A stretch of 55,134 nt of DNA, from contig MNWW01000006.1 of assembly GCA_001871415.1 (NCBI GenBank), positions 1-55,134 on the forward strand, read 5' to 3'. How positions within the stretch are numbered: position 1 is the first letter of the stretch; every line of letters starts with the position of its first letter. The notes under the pieces are model-generated. The model saw nothing but the letters and a program-made list of their open reading frames with translations, did no database searches and had not been told where the DNA came from. Below are positions 25,999 to 35,534 of the stretch, piece by piece. This stretch comes from Candidatus Woesearchaeota archaeon CG1_02_57_44 (lineage in GTDB: Archaea > Nanobdellota > Nanobdellia > Woesearchaeales > CG1-02-57-44). The translations under genes were made by a program, and so were the position numbers.

Positions 25999-26988
25999 AT
26001 GCCAACCATAGGAATCTACGACGTCAAGGAATTCGAGCAGTCCTACTATCACCGGGCGCTCAAGAACTACACTATCCACCTATATGAGGAAAGCTTTCCA
26101 GAAAATCCCAAGCAGCACGATATCATCTCTGTGTTCACGGGCCATGATATCACTGCAGAATTACTCAAGAAGCATCCACGCATCAAGATGATCGCCACGC
26201 GCAGCACGGGCTATGACCATATCGACCTTGCGGCCTGTAAGAAGCGCAGAGTCATTGTCTCCAATGTCCCTCGTTATGGAGAAAACACCGTCGCCGAGCA
26301 CGCGTTCGCGCTGCTGCTCGCAATCAGCCGCAAGGTGCTGCCAGCAGTGCAGCGCACCAGGATGGGCAGCTTCTCGCGCGAAGGCCTCACCGGCTTTGAC
26401 CTGAAAGGCAAGACCGCTGGCGTCGTCGGAACGGGTAGGATAGGGCAGCATTTCATACGCATGGCCAAAGGATTCGGCATGGAGGTGCTCGCTCAGGACC
26501 CATATCCGAACCACGACGCCGCGACACAACTGGGCTTCACCTACACCAGCATGCCAACGCTCCTCGCCAAAGCGGATATCATCAGTCTACACGCGCCGCT
26601 CACCAAGAAGACCAGGCACCTTATCGGAGGCAAGGAAATATCTCGGATGAAAAAGGGCAGCATCATCATCAATACCAGCCGCGGTGGGCTCATCAACACC
26701 AAAGCGCTCCTGAAAGGGCTCATGAGCGGACGCATCGCAGGAGCCGGATTAGATGTCCTCGAGGAAGAGGACTTCATCCAGGAAGAAGCGGAGCTGCTCT
26801 GGGCGCATGACACCAAGCGCATCAAGCTCGCGCTGCAGAACCACGTGCTGCTGCACATGGACAATGTGCTCATCACTCCGCACAACGCGTTCAACAGCCA
26901 AGAAGCGGTCATGCGCATCATGAAGACCACGGTGGAGAACATCAAGGCGTTCAGCGTGGGGAAACCGCAGAACACGGTGCATGCGTAA
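25999..26988 (+). CDS. D-isomer-specific 2-hydroxyacid (D-lactate-like) dehydrogenase
   Basis: TRSTGYDHID, VAEHA, GTGRIG, NTSRG, DVLEEE, TPHNAF. Confidence 0.93.
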   Translation: MPTIGIYDVKEFEQSYYHRALKNYTIHLYEESFPENPKQHDIISVFTGHDITAELLKKHPRIKMIATRSTGYDHIDLAACKKRRVIVSNVPRYGENTVAEHAFALLLAISRKVLPAVQRTRMGSFSREGLTGFDLKGKTAGVVGTGRIGQHFIRMAKGFGMEVLAQDPYPNHDAATQLGFTYTSMPTLLAKADIISLHAPLTKKTRHLIGGKEISRMKKGSIIINTSRGGLINTKALLKGLMSGRIAGAGLDVLEEEDFIQEEAELLWAHDTKRIKLALQNHVLLHMDNVLITPHNAFNSQEAVMRIMKTTVENIKAFSVGKPQNTVHA

Positions 26989-27115
26989 GGCCCAGAGCAA
27001 GGCTGGTGCACCAAGCACCTGGTCGGACATATACCTGCCAGCACTCATAAAAAATCGTCCCCTCTGCGCACCCATCAACCATACCCATAAATAGCGCCGC
27101 ATTTCACCAGCTGGT

Positions 27116-29398
27116 ATGGGCAGCCAGCACGCATCCCTGCAGGCGTTCTACGCCAGCCTCGCTGAGCGTCAGGCAGCGACGCGAAAACTTCTTGGCAGAC
27201 CACTCACGCTGACAGAAAAAATCGTCTATGCTCATCTCGCTGGCGCTTCTCATGAAGCCCAAGAATACAAGCGCGGCAGTAATTATGTGGAACTCAACCC
27301 CGACCGCGTCGCCATGCAGGACGCGACAGCCCAGATGGCCGTGCTGCAATTCATGACCGCGGGAAAAAGCAAGAGCGCTGTTCCCGCCAGCATCCATTGT
27401 GATCATCTCATCCAGGCGCGACAAGGGGCGGACAATGATCTGGCTGCAGCAGAACTGGAAAACAACGAGGTCTACGCGTTCCTTCGCAGCGCTGCCCGCA
27501 GATATGGCATGGACTTCTGGAAGCCTGGCGCGGGAATCATCCATCAAGTGGTACTGGAGAACTTCGCGTTCCCTGGCGGCCTGCTCATCGGCACGGACAG
27601 CCATACGCCAAACGCCGGCGGCCTTGGCATGCTGGCTATCGGTGTCGGCGGCGCTGACGCTGTGGACGCCATGGCAGGATTGCCCTGGGAAGTGCAGATG
27701 CCAACAGTCTACGGCATTGTGCTCAAAGGCAGCCTGCGTGGATGGGCCAGCCCGAAGGACATCATATTGAAGCTCGCGGGCATGATCAGCGTCAAAGGCG
27801 GCACGGGCGCGGTGCTCGAGTATATTGGTGGTGATTTGTCCTGCACGGGCAAAGCAACGGTCTGCAACATGGGCGCTGAAGTAGGCGCGACCTGCTCGGT
27901 GTTTGGCTATGACACAGCCATGGCCGATTACCTTCACGCGACGGGCAGAGGCGAGCTCGCCGCGCTCTGCGACGCGAACAAGGAATCGCTGCAGGCAGAC
28001 CCTGAGGTGCTGGCAGATCCTTCTCGCTATTATGATAAGGTCATCACCATCAACCTGGACACGCTGCAGCCGTACCTGAACGGACCGTTCACGCCGGACC
28101 GGGCAACGCCTGCCGCTGATATGCACCGGGTCGCGCAACAGGAAGGATGGCCAACACGCATCAGCGCGTGCCTCATCGGCTCATGTACCAACAGCAGCTA
28201 TGAGGACATCGAGCGCTGCGCCAGCATCGCGAAAGCAGCCATCGCCCAAGGCCTGCGCGCGAGCGTACCCTTCTATGTCACACCTGGCAGCGAGACCATA
28301 CGCCAGACCATAGAGCGCGACGGGCAGCTCGCGATTCTTAAGGATTTTGGCGCAACGGTCCTCGCCAATGCCTGCGGACCGTGCATAGGCATGTGGAAAA
28401 GAGAGGTCAAAGAGAAGAACACCATCGTCACAAGCTTCAATCGCAACTTCGCCAAGCGCAATGATGGCAGTGCCCTCACGCATGCGTTCGTCGCGAGCCC
28501 TGAACTGGTAACGGCCCTCGCTATCACGGGCGAGCTTGGATTCAACCCCTTGACGGACAGGATCAATGGCGCGTTGCTCTCGGCCCCGATCGGCGATGCG
28601 CTTCCTGCCAAAGGATTCTCCGGAGCGCAGATGGTCGAGCAGACGCATGAGCCAGACACGCCCGTCATCGTCTCGGCCAACAGCAAACGCCTCGCGCTGC
28701 TCGAGCCGTTTCCGACAGGGGATGACAAGGACCTACACCTGCGCCTGCTCATGAAGACAGCAGGCAAGTGCACCACGGACCATATCAGCATGGCAGGCCC
28801 CTGGCTGGCGCTTCGAGGTCATCTTGACAAGATATCCGAGAATATGTTCCTTGGCGCGACCAATGCCATCACGGGAGAGACGGGAAAGGTGAGCATCGGC
28901 AACAGCGCATCGCTTCCGGTCACGCCTGCGCGGGCGGCACGCGAGCTGCAGAAAGCAGGCATATCGTGGTTCATTGCTGCTGAAGAGAACTACGGCGAAG
29001 GCAGCAGCCGGGAACATGCGGCCATGGAGCCACGACACCTTGGCTGCAGGGCCATTGTCTGCAAGAGCTTCGCGCGCATCCATGAGACCAATCTCAAGAA
29101 GCAGGGAGTCTTGCCCTTGACGTTTGTCGAGCCAAAGGATTACGACCTGCTCGCGCATGGCGATGAGCTGCTCATCCCTGCAACAGCGATTGCTGTGGGC
29201 AAGGACGTCCGGGCGACACTCACGCATACCGATGGAAGCACTGATCCGCTTACGCTGCGCCACACACTCAATGAGCAGCAACTACGCTGGTTCATCGCGG
29301 GCTCAGCGCTCAATGTCATCAGGCAAAGAACAGAAGAGAACAACAAGCCTGCGGAGAACAAAGACCTGATTATAGATGACCCCTCCCTTGAGACCTAG
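27116..29398 (+). CDS. acn: Aconitate hydratase (mitochondrial-like/bacterial type)
   Basis: DRVAMQDATAQMA, HCDHLI, DSHTPN, GSCTNSSYED, NACGPCIG, SFNRNF, CTTDHIS, GEGSSREHAA. Confidence 0.95.
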   Translation: MGSQHASLQAFYASLAERQAATRKLLGRPLTLTEKIVYAHLAGASHEAQEYKRGSNYVELNPDRVAMQDATAQMAVLQFMTAGKSKSAVPASIHCDHLIQARQGADNDLAAAELENNEVYAFLRSAARRYGMDFWKPGAGIIHQVVLENFAFPGGLLIGTDSHTPNAGGLGMLAIGVGGADAVDAMAGLPWEVQMPTVYGIVLKGSLRGWASPKDIILKLAGMISVKGGTGAVLEYIGGDLSCTGKATVCNMGAEVGATCSVFGYDTAMADYLHATGRGELAALCDANKESLQADPEVLADPSRYYDKVITINLDTLQPYLNGPFTPDRATPAADMHRVAQQEGWPTRISACLIGSCTNSSYEDIERCASIAKAAIAQGLRASVPFYVTPGSETIRQTIERDGQLAILKDFGATVLANACGPCIGMWKREVKEKNTIVTSFNRNFAKRNDGSALTHAFVASPELVTALAITGELGFNPLTDRINGALLSAPIGDALPAKGFSGAQMVEQTHEPDTPVIVSANSKRLALLEPFPTGDDKDLHLRLLMKTAGKCTTDHISMAGPWLALRGHLDKISENMFLGATNAITGETGKVSIGNSASLPVTPARAARELQKAGISWFIAAEENYGEGSSREHAAMEPRHLGCRAIVCKSFARIHETNLKKQGVLPLTFVEPKDYDLLAHGDELLIPATAIAVGKDVRATLTHTDGSTDPLTLRHTLNEQQLRWFIAGSALNVIRQRTEENNKPAENKDLIIDDPSLET

Positions 29399-29412
29399 GC
29401 CATAACAAGAAT

Positions 29413-29438
29413 ACAACGAGGGAGAAAACAACGAGGGA
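29413..29438. repeat. ACAACGAGGGA x2 upstream of icd (duplicated RBS-like sequence)
   Basis: Seen at 29413-29423 and 29428-29438. Confidence 0.6.
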
Positions 29439-29443
29439 ACAAC

Positions 29444-30685
29444 ATGCGCATCACCTTTGACGAACAGGGACTACACGTGCCAGAGCATCCGGACATCGCG
29501 CTCATCGCCGGCGATGGCATCGGCCCGGATGTCAGTTCCACGGGTTGCGCAGTGATAGACGCGGCAGTCAAGCAGGCCTATGGCGGAACACGTGCCATTG
29601 CCTGGGTGCCTGTGCTTGCGGGTGAAGCAGCATTCGCGAAGACGGGCGAATGGTTACCCAAGAAAAGCCTGGATTTGCTGCGCGCGTGCCGCGTCGGCAT
29701 CAAAGGGCCGTTGACCACCCCTATCGGCGGTGGCATCCGGAGCCTGAACGTGACCATCCGGCAGGAACTTGATTTATACGCCTGCGTGCGGCCGGTCAAG
29801 TGGTATTCTGGCATTCCTGCGCCGGTCAAGGAGCCAGAGAAGCTGGACGTCGTCATCTTCCGCGAGAATACCGAGGATGTCTATGCAGGCATCGAATGGA
29901 AAGCAGGAAGCAAGGAGGCGGACAAGGTCATCACCCTGCTCAACAGTATTAGCACAGGCACGAGCCATCCGCTGCTCTCCGGACAGACCGGCATCGGCAT
30001 CAAACCCATCAGCGAGGAGGCGACGAAGAGAATCGTGCGCGCGGCGATCAGCTATGCGCTGCAGCAGGGGCGGCGCAAAGTCACCATCGTCCACAAAGGC
30101 AACATCATGAAATTCACCGAAGGTGCGTTCCGGGATTGGGCATATGAGGTCGCGGCGGAATTCCCGCAGGTCGTAATCGAAGGAAAGCAGGGAGCAGCTG
30201 AAGGGTCGTCTACAGACAGGAGAGGAAAACCTGCTCAACCGCTGCTCGTCAATGACCGCATCGCGGACGCCATGTTCCAGCAGCTGCTCCTGCGCCCTGA
30301 TGAGTATGATGTCATCGTGACCAGCAACCTGAACGGCGACTATCTCTCGGACGCGTGCGCCGCGCAGGTCGGAGGGCTGGGAGTAGCGCCAGGCGCGAAC
30401 ATCAATTACGAGCGAGGACTTGCTGTGTTTGAGGCGACGCATGGGACAGCGCCAAAGTACGCTGATCTGGACAAGGTCAATCCTGGCTCCTTCATCTTAT
30501 CCGGCGTCATGATGCTCGAGCATCTGGGTTGGCAGGAGGCCGCGGAATTGATTGTGCACGGATTGACACGCGCCATCGCGAACAAGAATGTCACCTATGA
30601 CCTCGCGCGGCAGATGGACGGCGCGACAGAAGTCTCCTGCTCAGGATTTGGCAGGGAGATAATCCGGCTGATGGGAAGCAGGTAG
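29444..30685 (+). CDS. icd: NADP-dependent isocitrate dehydrogenase
   Basis: [64 protein letters not shown]. Confidence 0.96.
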   Translation: MRITFDEQGLHVPEHPDIALIAGDGIGPDVSSTGCAVIDAAVKQAYGGTRAIAWVPVLAGEAAFAKTGEWLPKKSLDLLRACRVGIKGPLTTPIGGGIRSLNVTIRQELDLYACVRPVKWYSGIPAPVKEPEKLDVVIFRENTEDVYAGIEWKAGSKEADKVITLLNSISTGTSHPLLSGQTGIGIKPISEEATKRIVRAAISYALQQGRRKVTIVHKGNIMKFTEGAFRDWAYEVAAEFPQVVIEGKQGAAEGSSTDRRGKPAQPLLVNDRIADAMFQQLLLRPDEYDVIVTSNLNGDYLSDACAAQVGGLGVAPGANINYERGLAVFEATHGTAPKYADLDKVNPGSFILSGVMMLEHLGWQEAAELIVHGLTRAIANKNVTYDLARQMDGATEVSCSGFGREIIRLMGSR

Positions 30686-30947
30686 GAAAAAGAGCCATTC
30701 CGCCTTCGTTCTGTACGCTGCCGCTCTGAAAGAGGAGTAAGCCATGGAACTTCTGTGACCCCTATCTTTGTGCTGGGTTCTGGACACCGAGCAGCACTAT
30801 CTTTCGCGCCAGACCTTGCGCTCAGGGCATGGGGAACGGCAACATGCACAACTGCCCTCACCTCATCCCTCTGACAGATTTCAGCGCAAAGGACCCCTGT
30901 TGGAGGATCCATCAAATATCAGCGCACCCGGTCAACCAGCAGGCCCG

Positions 30948-31568
30948 TCAGTCGTTGCGCTTCGAGAGCACCAGCAGCTGCAGGATCCTGATGAAGATGT
31001 TCAGAAAATCCAGGTAGAGCGCGAGCACCGCGTCAGTCACCTGGCTATCCTGGTAGTTGCGCAGTATCATGGACATATCGTACATGACGAAGCCCAGGAA
31101 TATCAGCAGGACGGCCGCGTCGATGATGATGCCGAACAGTCCATTGCCCACAAAGATATTGATGAGCGAGGCGATGATGAGCCCAAACAGCATGAACATG
31201 AGGAACACCCCTATGGAACGGAAATCCTTGCCGGTCTTGTAGACATAGGCCGCAAGCCCTCCGAACACCAGGGTAGTGAGACCGAGCGCCTGCAACACGA
31301 TGGATGGGCCGCCGACCAGTCCGGCCCAATACACGATAGGCGCGGTGGTGATGCCTGTCAAGAGCACGAAGGTATACAGCAAAGACTTCGGAAATCCACC
31401 TTTGCGGCGCAGGAAAAGCGTCGCAATGAGGATGACAAACTCCGCTATCACGATAGGGATAAAAAGTATGGGAGGGATGAAGAACCCGATGAAGACTCCC
31501 AGGGTAGCGATCAGCAATGAGCCCGCGAACATCGGGATGACTTTCCTGTTGAAGATTGACTTGTCCAT
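30948..31568 (-). CDS. Bax inhibitor-1/YccA family membrane protein
   Basis: ~7 TM; FVMYD and ALYLDFLNIFIRILQLL signature. Start at ATG 31568. Confidence 0.92.
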   Translation of the reverse strand: MDKSIFNRKVIPMFAGSLLIATLGVFIGFFIPPILFIPIVIAEFVILIATLFLRRKGGFPKSLLYTFVLLTGITTAPIVYWAGLVGGPSIVLQALGLTTLVFGGLAAYVYKTGKDFRSIGVFLMFMLFGLIIASLINIFVGNGLFGIIIDAAVLLIFLGFVMYDMSMILRNYQDSQVTDAVLALYLDFLNIFIRILQLLVLSKRND

Positions 31569-31597
31569 AGGAGGAGGTGAAATGTTCCTCTTTATAT

Positions 31598-31675
31598 TCC
31601 TGATGGATGTGGATGTGTTCCTGTCCTGATGGATGCGGATGTGTTCCTGTCCTGATGGATGCGGATGTGTTCCTG
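31598..31675. repeat. 26-bp tandem repeat x3 (TCCTGATGGATGYGGATGTGTTCCTG)
   Basis: Units at 31598, 31624 and 31650. A second ACGAAGAGCAAGGCACGA x2 repeat lies at ~31708-31746. Confidence 0.9.
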
Positions 31676-32102
31676 AGGGATGGCGAGAAACCGCGCAGCC
31701 GAAAAGGACGAAGAGCAAGGCACGAAGAACGAAGAGCAAGGCACGACCAATGATAGGCTCATACAACCACTTCATATAACCACTTCAATCCACTTCACTG
31801 CGCCTTTGCCATTGACCGGGCAGACGTTCTTTGCCTCAGGAAGCAGCATGTCATGAGGCAGCACGGCTTTTGGTTTTACCACTTGTTCGATAACCGGTTC
31901 TGTAACTGGCCCCCTAACCATACGAGCCCGCGCGCTGCGGCGCGTACGGCTGTCCAGAAGCAGGTAGCGGGCAGACCCGCCCGGCAGGACACAACCGTTA
32001 ATTTTATAAACCAATCCCTGTTTTCCCTCGCAACACAGTCACAGACTATCAAAATACCATCCCAGCGACTACTGCAAACGTGCAGTAGGAGGGTGCACAA
32101 CC

Positions 32103-32747
32103 ATGGATAAAAAAACATTCATCAAAGTCGTATCAGACGCGCGCAAAGAGAGCAAGAAGCGCAACTTCTCCCAGAAGTTTGATTTAATCATCAACCTGGA
32201 GAATATTGATCTTAAGAAACAGCAGGTGGATTTTTACGCCACGCTTCCACACCTGCGCGGCAAGCAGCTTCGCACTTGCGCGCTCGTCGGCCTTGAACTG
32301 GCAGATGAAGCCAAGGCCAACTGCACCAAGACCCTCACGCAGGAAGAGTTTGTGCAGTTCCAGAAGAAGCGCGATATCGTAAAGCTCGCTGATGAGTTTG
32401 ATTTCTTCATCGCTCAGGCCAATATCATGGCAAAAGTCGCGACGGTCTTTGGCCGTGTTCTTGGTCCCAGGAACAAGATGCCCAATCCCAAGGCAGGATG
32501 CGTCGTTCCTCCGAAGACCAATCTCCGGCCTCTTATCGAGCGCCTGGAAAAGACCGTCAGAGTCCAGGCCAAAAAGCAACTACTCATCCAGGTCATGGTG
32601 GGAAGTGAGGAGATGCCTGATGACGCTGTGGCGGAAAACGCCGCAAGCGTCGCGGACCAGCTCATCCATCACCTTCCTGGCGGAAAGAATAACGTGAAGA
32701 GCATGTACCTGAAAACAACCATGGGCAAGGCGGTGAAGGTCGCATGA
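32103..32747 (+). CDS. rpl1: 50S ribosomal protein uL1
   Basis: KRNFSQKFDLIINL, GRVLGPRNKMP, KTTMG. Confidence 0.96.
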   Translation: MDKKTFIKVVSDARKESKKRNFSQKFDLIINLENIDLKKQQVDFYATLPHLRGKQLRTCALVGLELADEAKANCTKTLTQEEFVQFQKKRDIVKLADEFDFFIAQANIMAKVATVFGRVLGPRNKMPNPKAGCVVPPKTNLRPLIERLEKTVRVQAKKQLLIQVMVGSEEMPDDAVAENAASVADQLIHHLPGGKNNVKSMYLKTTMGKAVKVA

Positions 32748-33616
32748 GCAGCACAGAAACCTATACTGCCAGTTCCTACACGGCGAAAGCCGCCCAGGCA
32801 AAGAAGGATGTCGTCGCTGAACTCGTCGACCTCATGAAGAGCCATAAAGTCATAGCCGCGGTTGACATGATGAATCTGCCCGCAGCGCAGCTGCAGAGCA
32901 TCAAAGCCAGCATCAGGAGCACTGTTATTTCGCGGATGGCCAAGCAGCGCCTCATCAGGATCGCCATCGACCAGGCAGGCATCGAGGGCCTTGACAAGCT
33001 AAAGGAGAAGCTCACGGGCATGCCCGCGCTGCTGTTCACCAATGACGATCCGTTCCTGCTCTACAAGAAGCTATCCAAATCAAAGACTAAGGCACCTATG
33101 AAGGCAGGCCAGCAGGCACCTGAGGACATTGTGGTTCCAGCAGGACCGACGTCCTTCACGCCCGGCCCGATGATCTCAGAGCTCGCCAGCGTAGGCATAA
33201 AGACCAAGGTAGACGGTGGAAAAATATCAGTCATCAAGGATACCGTGGTGGCCAAGGAAGGCGAAGTCATCGACGCCAAGAAAGCTTCAGTGCTCTCGCG
33301 CCTGGATATCAAACCCATGCCTATCGGCCTTAACATGACCGCAGCGTGGGAAGGAGGCGTCATCTACGCCAAGAGCATCCTCGCGGTCGATGAGCAAGAA
33401 TACCTGAACAACATCAAGATAGGCCATCTGAACGCATTCGCGCTCGCCATGCATGTCGGCCATCCAGCCCCTGAAGTCGTGCGGGCCAACATCACCAAAG
33501 CGCAGCGCATCAGTGTCGGCATCGCGCTCCACTGCGCCATACCGACGAAAGATACCATCGGGATACTCATGGCACGGGCAGTCGCCCATGCCAATGCGGT
33601 TAACGCACACGTGTAG
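32744..33616 (+). CDS. rpl10: 50S ribosomal protein uL10 (P0)
   Basis: LPAAQLQ, APEDIVVPAGPTSFTPGP archaeal insertion domain, LDIKP. Confidence 0.95.
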   Translation: MSSTETYTASSYTAKAAQAKKDVVAELVDLMKSHKVIAAVDMMNLPAAQLQSIKASIRSTVISRMAKQRLIRIAIDQAGIEGLDKLKEKLTGMPALLFTNDDPFLLYKKLSKSKTKAPMKAGQQAPEDIVVPAGPTSFTPGPMISELASVGIKTKVDGGKISVIKDTVVAKEGEVIDAKKASVLSRLDIKPMPIGLNMTAAWEGGVIYAKSILAVDEQEYLNNIKIGHLNAFALAMHVGHPAPEVVRANITKAQRISVGIALHCAIPTKDTIGILMARAVAHANAVNAHV

Positions 33617-33628
33617 GAGGAGAAAACA

Positions 33629-33937
33629 ATGGAATACGTCTACGCAGCAATGTTGATTCACAAGGCCGGTAAGGACATTACCGAGGATACTGTTTCGTCC
33701 GTGCTCAAAGCGGCTGGCGTCGCGGTTGACGAGGCAAAGGTCAAGGCCCTGTGCGCGGCCCTGAAGGATGTGGATATCGAAGCAGCCATCAAGGAAGCCG
33801 CCGTCACTCCTGTCGCCGCTGTAGCAGCAGCCCCCGCATCCGCGGGCGCAGCTGAACAGAAGGAAGACAAGAAGGAAGAAGACGAGAAGAAGAACGAAGA
33901 GGCGGCAGCAGCCGGCCTTGGCGCTCTTTTCGGATAA
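33629..33937 (+). CDS. rpl12: 50S ribosomal stalk protein P1 (aL12)
   Basis: [11 protein letters not shown]...acidic tail GLGALFG; GGAGG SD. Confidence 0.97.
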   Translation: MEYVYAAMLIHKAGKDITEDTVSSVLKAAGVAVDEAKVKALCAALKDVDIEAAIKEAAVTPVAAVAAAPASAGAAEQKEDKKEEDEKKNEEAAAAGLGALFG

Positions 33938-33968
33938 ATAATCACACAACGCACCTGGTTGAGCACTC

Positions 33969-34889
33969 ATGCTGAGCAAAGAAGAACGGACAAAGCATAT
34001 CGCAGAATTGCGAAAGCTCAAGAAGGACATCCAGTCCCTTCGGGATGAGCTCAACCAGGCAGATTCATCCCTGCAACAGCACAGCAGCGACCAGTATGCG
34101 GTGAGGGATCAGATACGCGAACTTATCAATCAGGCGCGCGAGCATAAGAAAGAGCGCAACATTTTGACGACCGCAGTCCAAGAGCAGAAAAAGGCGCGCC
34201 AGGAATTCAACACCAAGGTGCGCGACAAGGCGTCTGAAGTCAAGGTTGTGCAGGACGAGATCAAGGAGAAGGCAAAAAATCTCAAGATTAAGGAAGACCC
34301 CTCGCAGCTGATGCGCAAGATAGAGCAGTTGGAGACGCGCGTGGAGACCGAAGCTATCTCCATGGACAGCGAGAAGAAGATCATGAAGGAGATACACGTC
34401 CTGCGCTCACGCCTCGCTGACGCTTCACAGTTCCAGGGCGCCTACGCCAAGCTCAACACACTCACAGACGAGCTTCGCGAAGTCAAGCGCCAGGCCGACG
34501 CGCTGCACCGCAAAATACAGGAAGATGCGGCCCGCAGCCAGGAGCTGCACAACCAGGTCATCAAGATTTCGCATAAGATCGATCAGCTCAAGGAAGGAGC
34601 GCCTCCGAAGGAGATGAAAGAAGAGGAGCGCAAGCACTTCCACGAAGCAAATGAGCAGCTTAAGCAGAAGCTGTATGCACTCAATGAGCTCAACAAACTC
34701 CTTGACGATGACCGCGAGCAGAACCGCGAAGCCAGCAAGAAACGCGACGAGGACAGCTTGCGAGAGAAGCAGCAGGAAGTCGAGGACAAGGTCAAGAAGC
34801 GCAAGAAGCTGACAACGGAAGACCTGCTGGTCTATCAGAGCACTATCTCCGGCGGCAAACAGAAGCCAGGCAAGGAGCAGAAAGAGTAG
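33969..34889 (+). CDS. Archaeal coiled-coil protein (COG1340-like)
   Basis: Continuous heptads, IEQLETRVETE..EKKIMKEI, C-terminal KKLTTEDL. Confidence 0.75.
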   Translation: MLSKEERTKHIAELRKLKKDIQSLRDELNQADSSLQQHSSDQYAVRDQIRELINQAREHKKERNILTTAVQEQKKARQEFNTKVRDKASEVKVVQDEIKEKAKNLKIKEDPSQLMRKIEQLETRVETEAISMDSEKKIMKEIHVLRSRLADASQFQGAYAKLNTLTDELREVKRQADALHRKIQEDAARSQELHNQVIKISHKIDQLKEGAPPKEMKEEERKHFHEANEQLKQKLYALNELNKLLDDDREQNREASKKRDEDSLREKQQEVEDKVKKRKKLTTEDLLVYQSTISGGKQKPGKEQKE

Positions 34890-34915
34890 TCTCGCGCCTG
34901 CTTCGTACCCAATTC

Positions 34916-35461
34916 TCAGTAATCTAGCTTGGTCATGACTGCGTTCATCACTTCATTCAAACCTGCCAGGGGCACATCTCTGCAGATGGCGATACTGGCA
35001 TGCACCACCTGCTGATGGGTCACTATCAGGAGGGTCTGGTCAGGATCTCGAGTCTTCTGTTCATCCAGAAAATCTTTCACCCTTGCGAGCATATGCTCTG
35101 GCAGCTCGCCTCCTTCCGGCGCCTGCGCCGGCAGATAGTAATGGTGCCGTAGCCTCTGCTCCCACTGCACCTCTTCCTTACGCCTCCCTTCCAAGACACC
35201 GAGATTACGCGCCCGGATGCGCTCGTCGACCTGTACGGGAAGATGCAGGACATCTGCGATGATGTCCGCTGTCTCGCGTGCTCGCCGCAGGGGGCTGGAG
35301 AAGATGCACACCACATCCTGCGATTGCTCTGTTCTGAGCTGCTCTCCTGTAAGTCTGGCCTGCTCTGTCCCCTTCTCTGACAATGGCCCATCAGTCGCTC
35401 CCTGCAAGATGCCCTGCTTATTGAGCATCGATTCACCATGACGGACAAGCAAAACGCGCAT
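34916..35461 (-). CDS. Histidine phosphatase (phosphoglycerate mutase-like) family protein
   Basis: VRHGES, SSPLRRARETA, IVTH. Start at ATG 35461. Confidence 0.9.
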   Translation of the reverse strand: MRVLLVRHGESMLNKQGILQGATDGPLSEKGTEQARLTGEQLRTEQSQDVVCIFSSPLRRARETADIIADVLHLPVQVDERIRARNLGVLEGRRKEEVQWEQRLRHHYYLPAQAPEGGELPEHMLARVKDFLDEQKTRDPDQTLLIVTHQQVVHASIAICRDVPLAGLNEVMNAVMTKLDY

Positions 35462-35534
35462 GACCTCTCGAATACACGTTCCTTGATTAAGTTTGTGCGA
35501 AATGTTTAAGAATAGCGCAAGCAAAAAAGGTGTC

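Noticed and set aside
30686..30947. Possible group II intron domain V or RNase P fragment after icd
   Set aside because: GAGCC...GTACG lacks proper DV pairing, and RNase P CR-I/CR-V motifs are absent.
31601..31612. TGATGGATGTGG identical to the MITE copy 1 left junction (61-72)
   Set aside because: Only 12 bp, and no TIR continues beyond GG; likely chance.
31800..31990. SRP RNA, RNase P RNA or 5S rRNA
   Set aside because: No SRP helix-8 (CAGG-GNRA-AGCA), no GAGGAAAGUCC-like CR-I and no 5S signature. Kept only as an unknown structured region.
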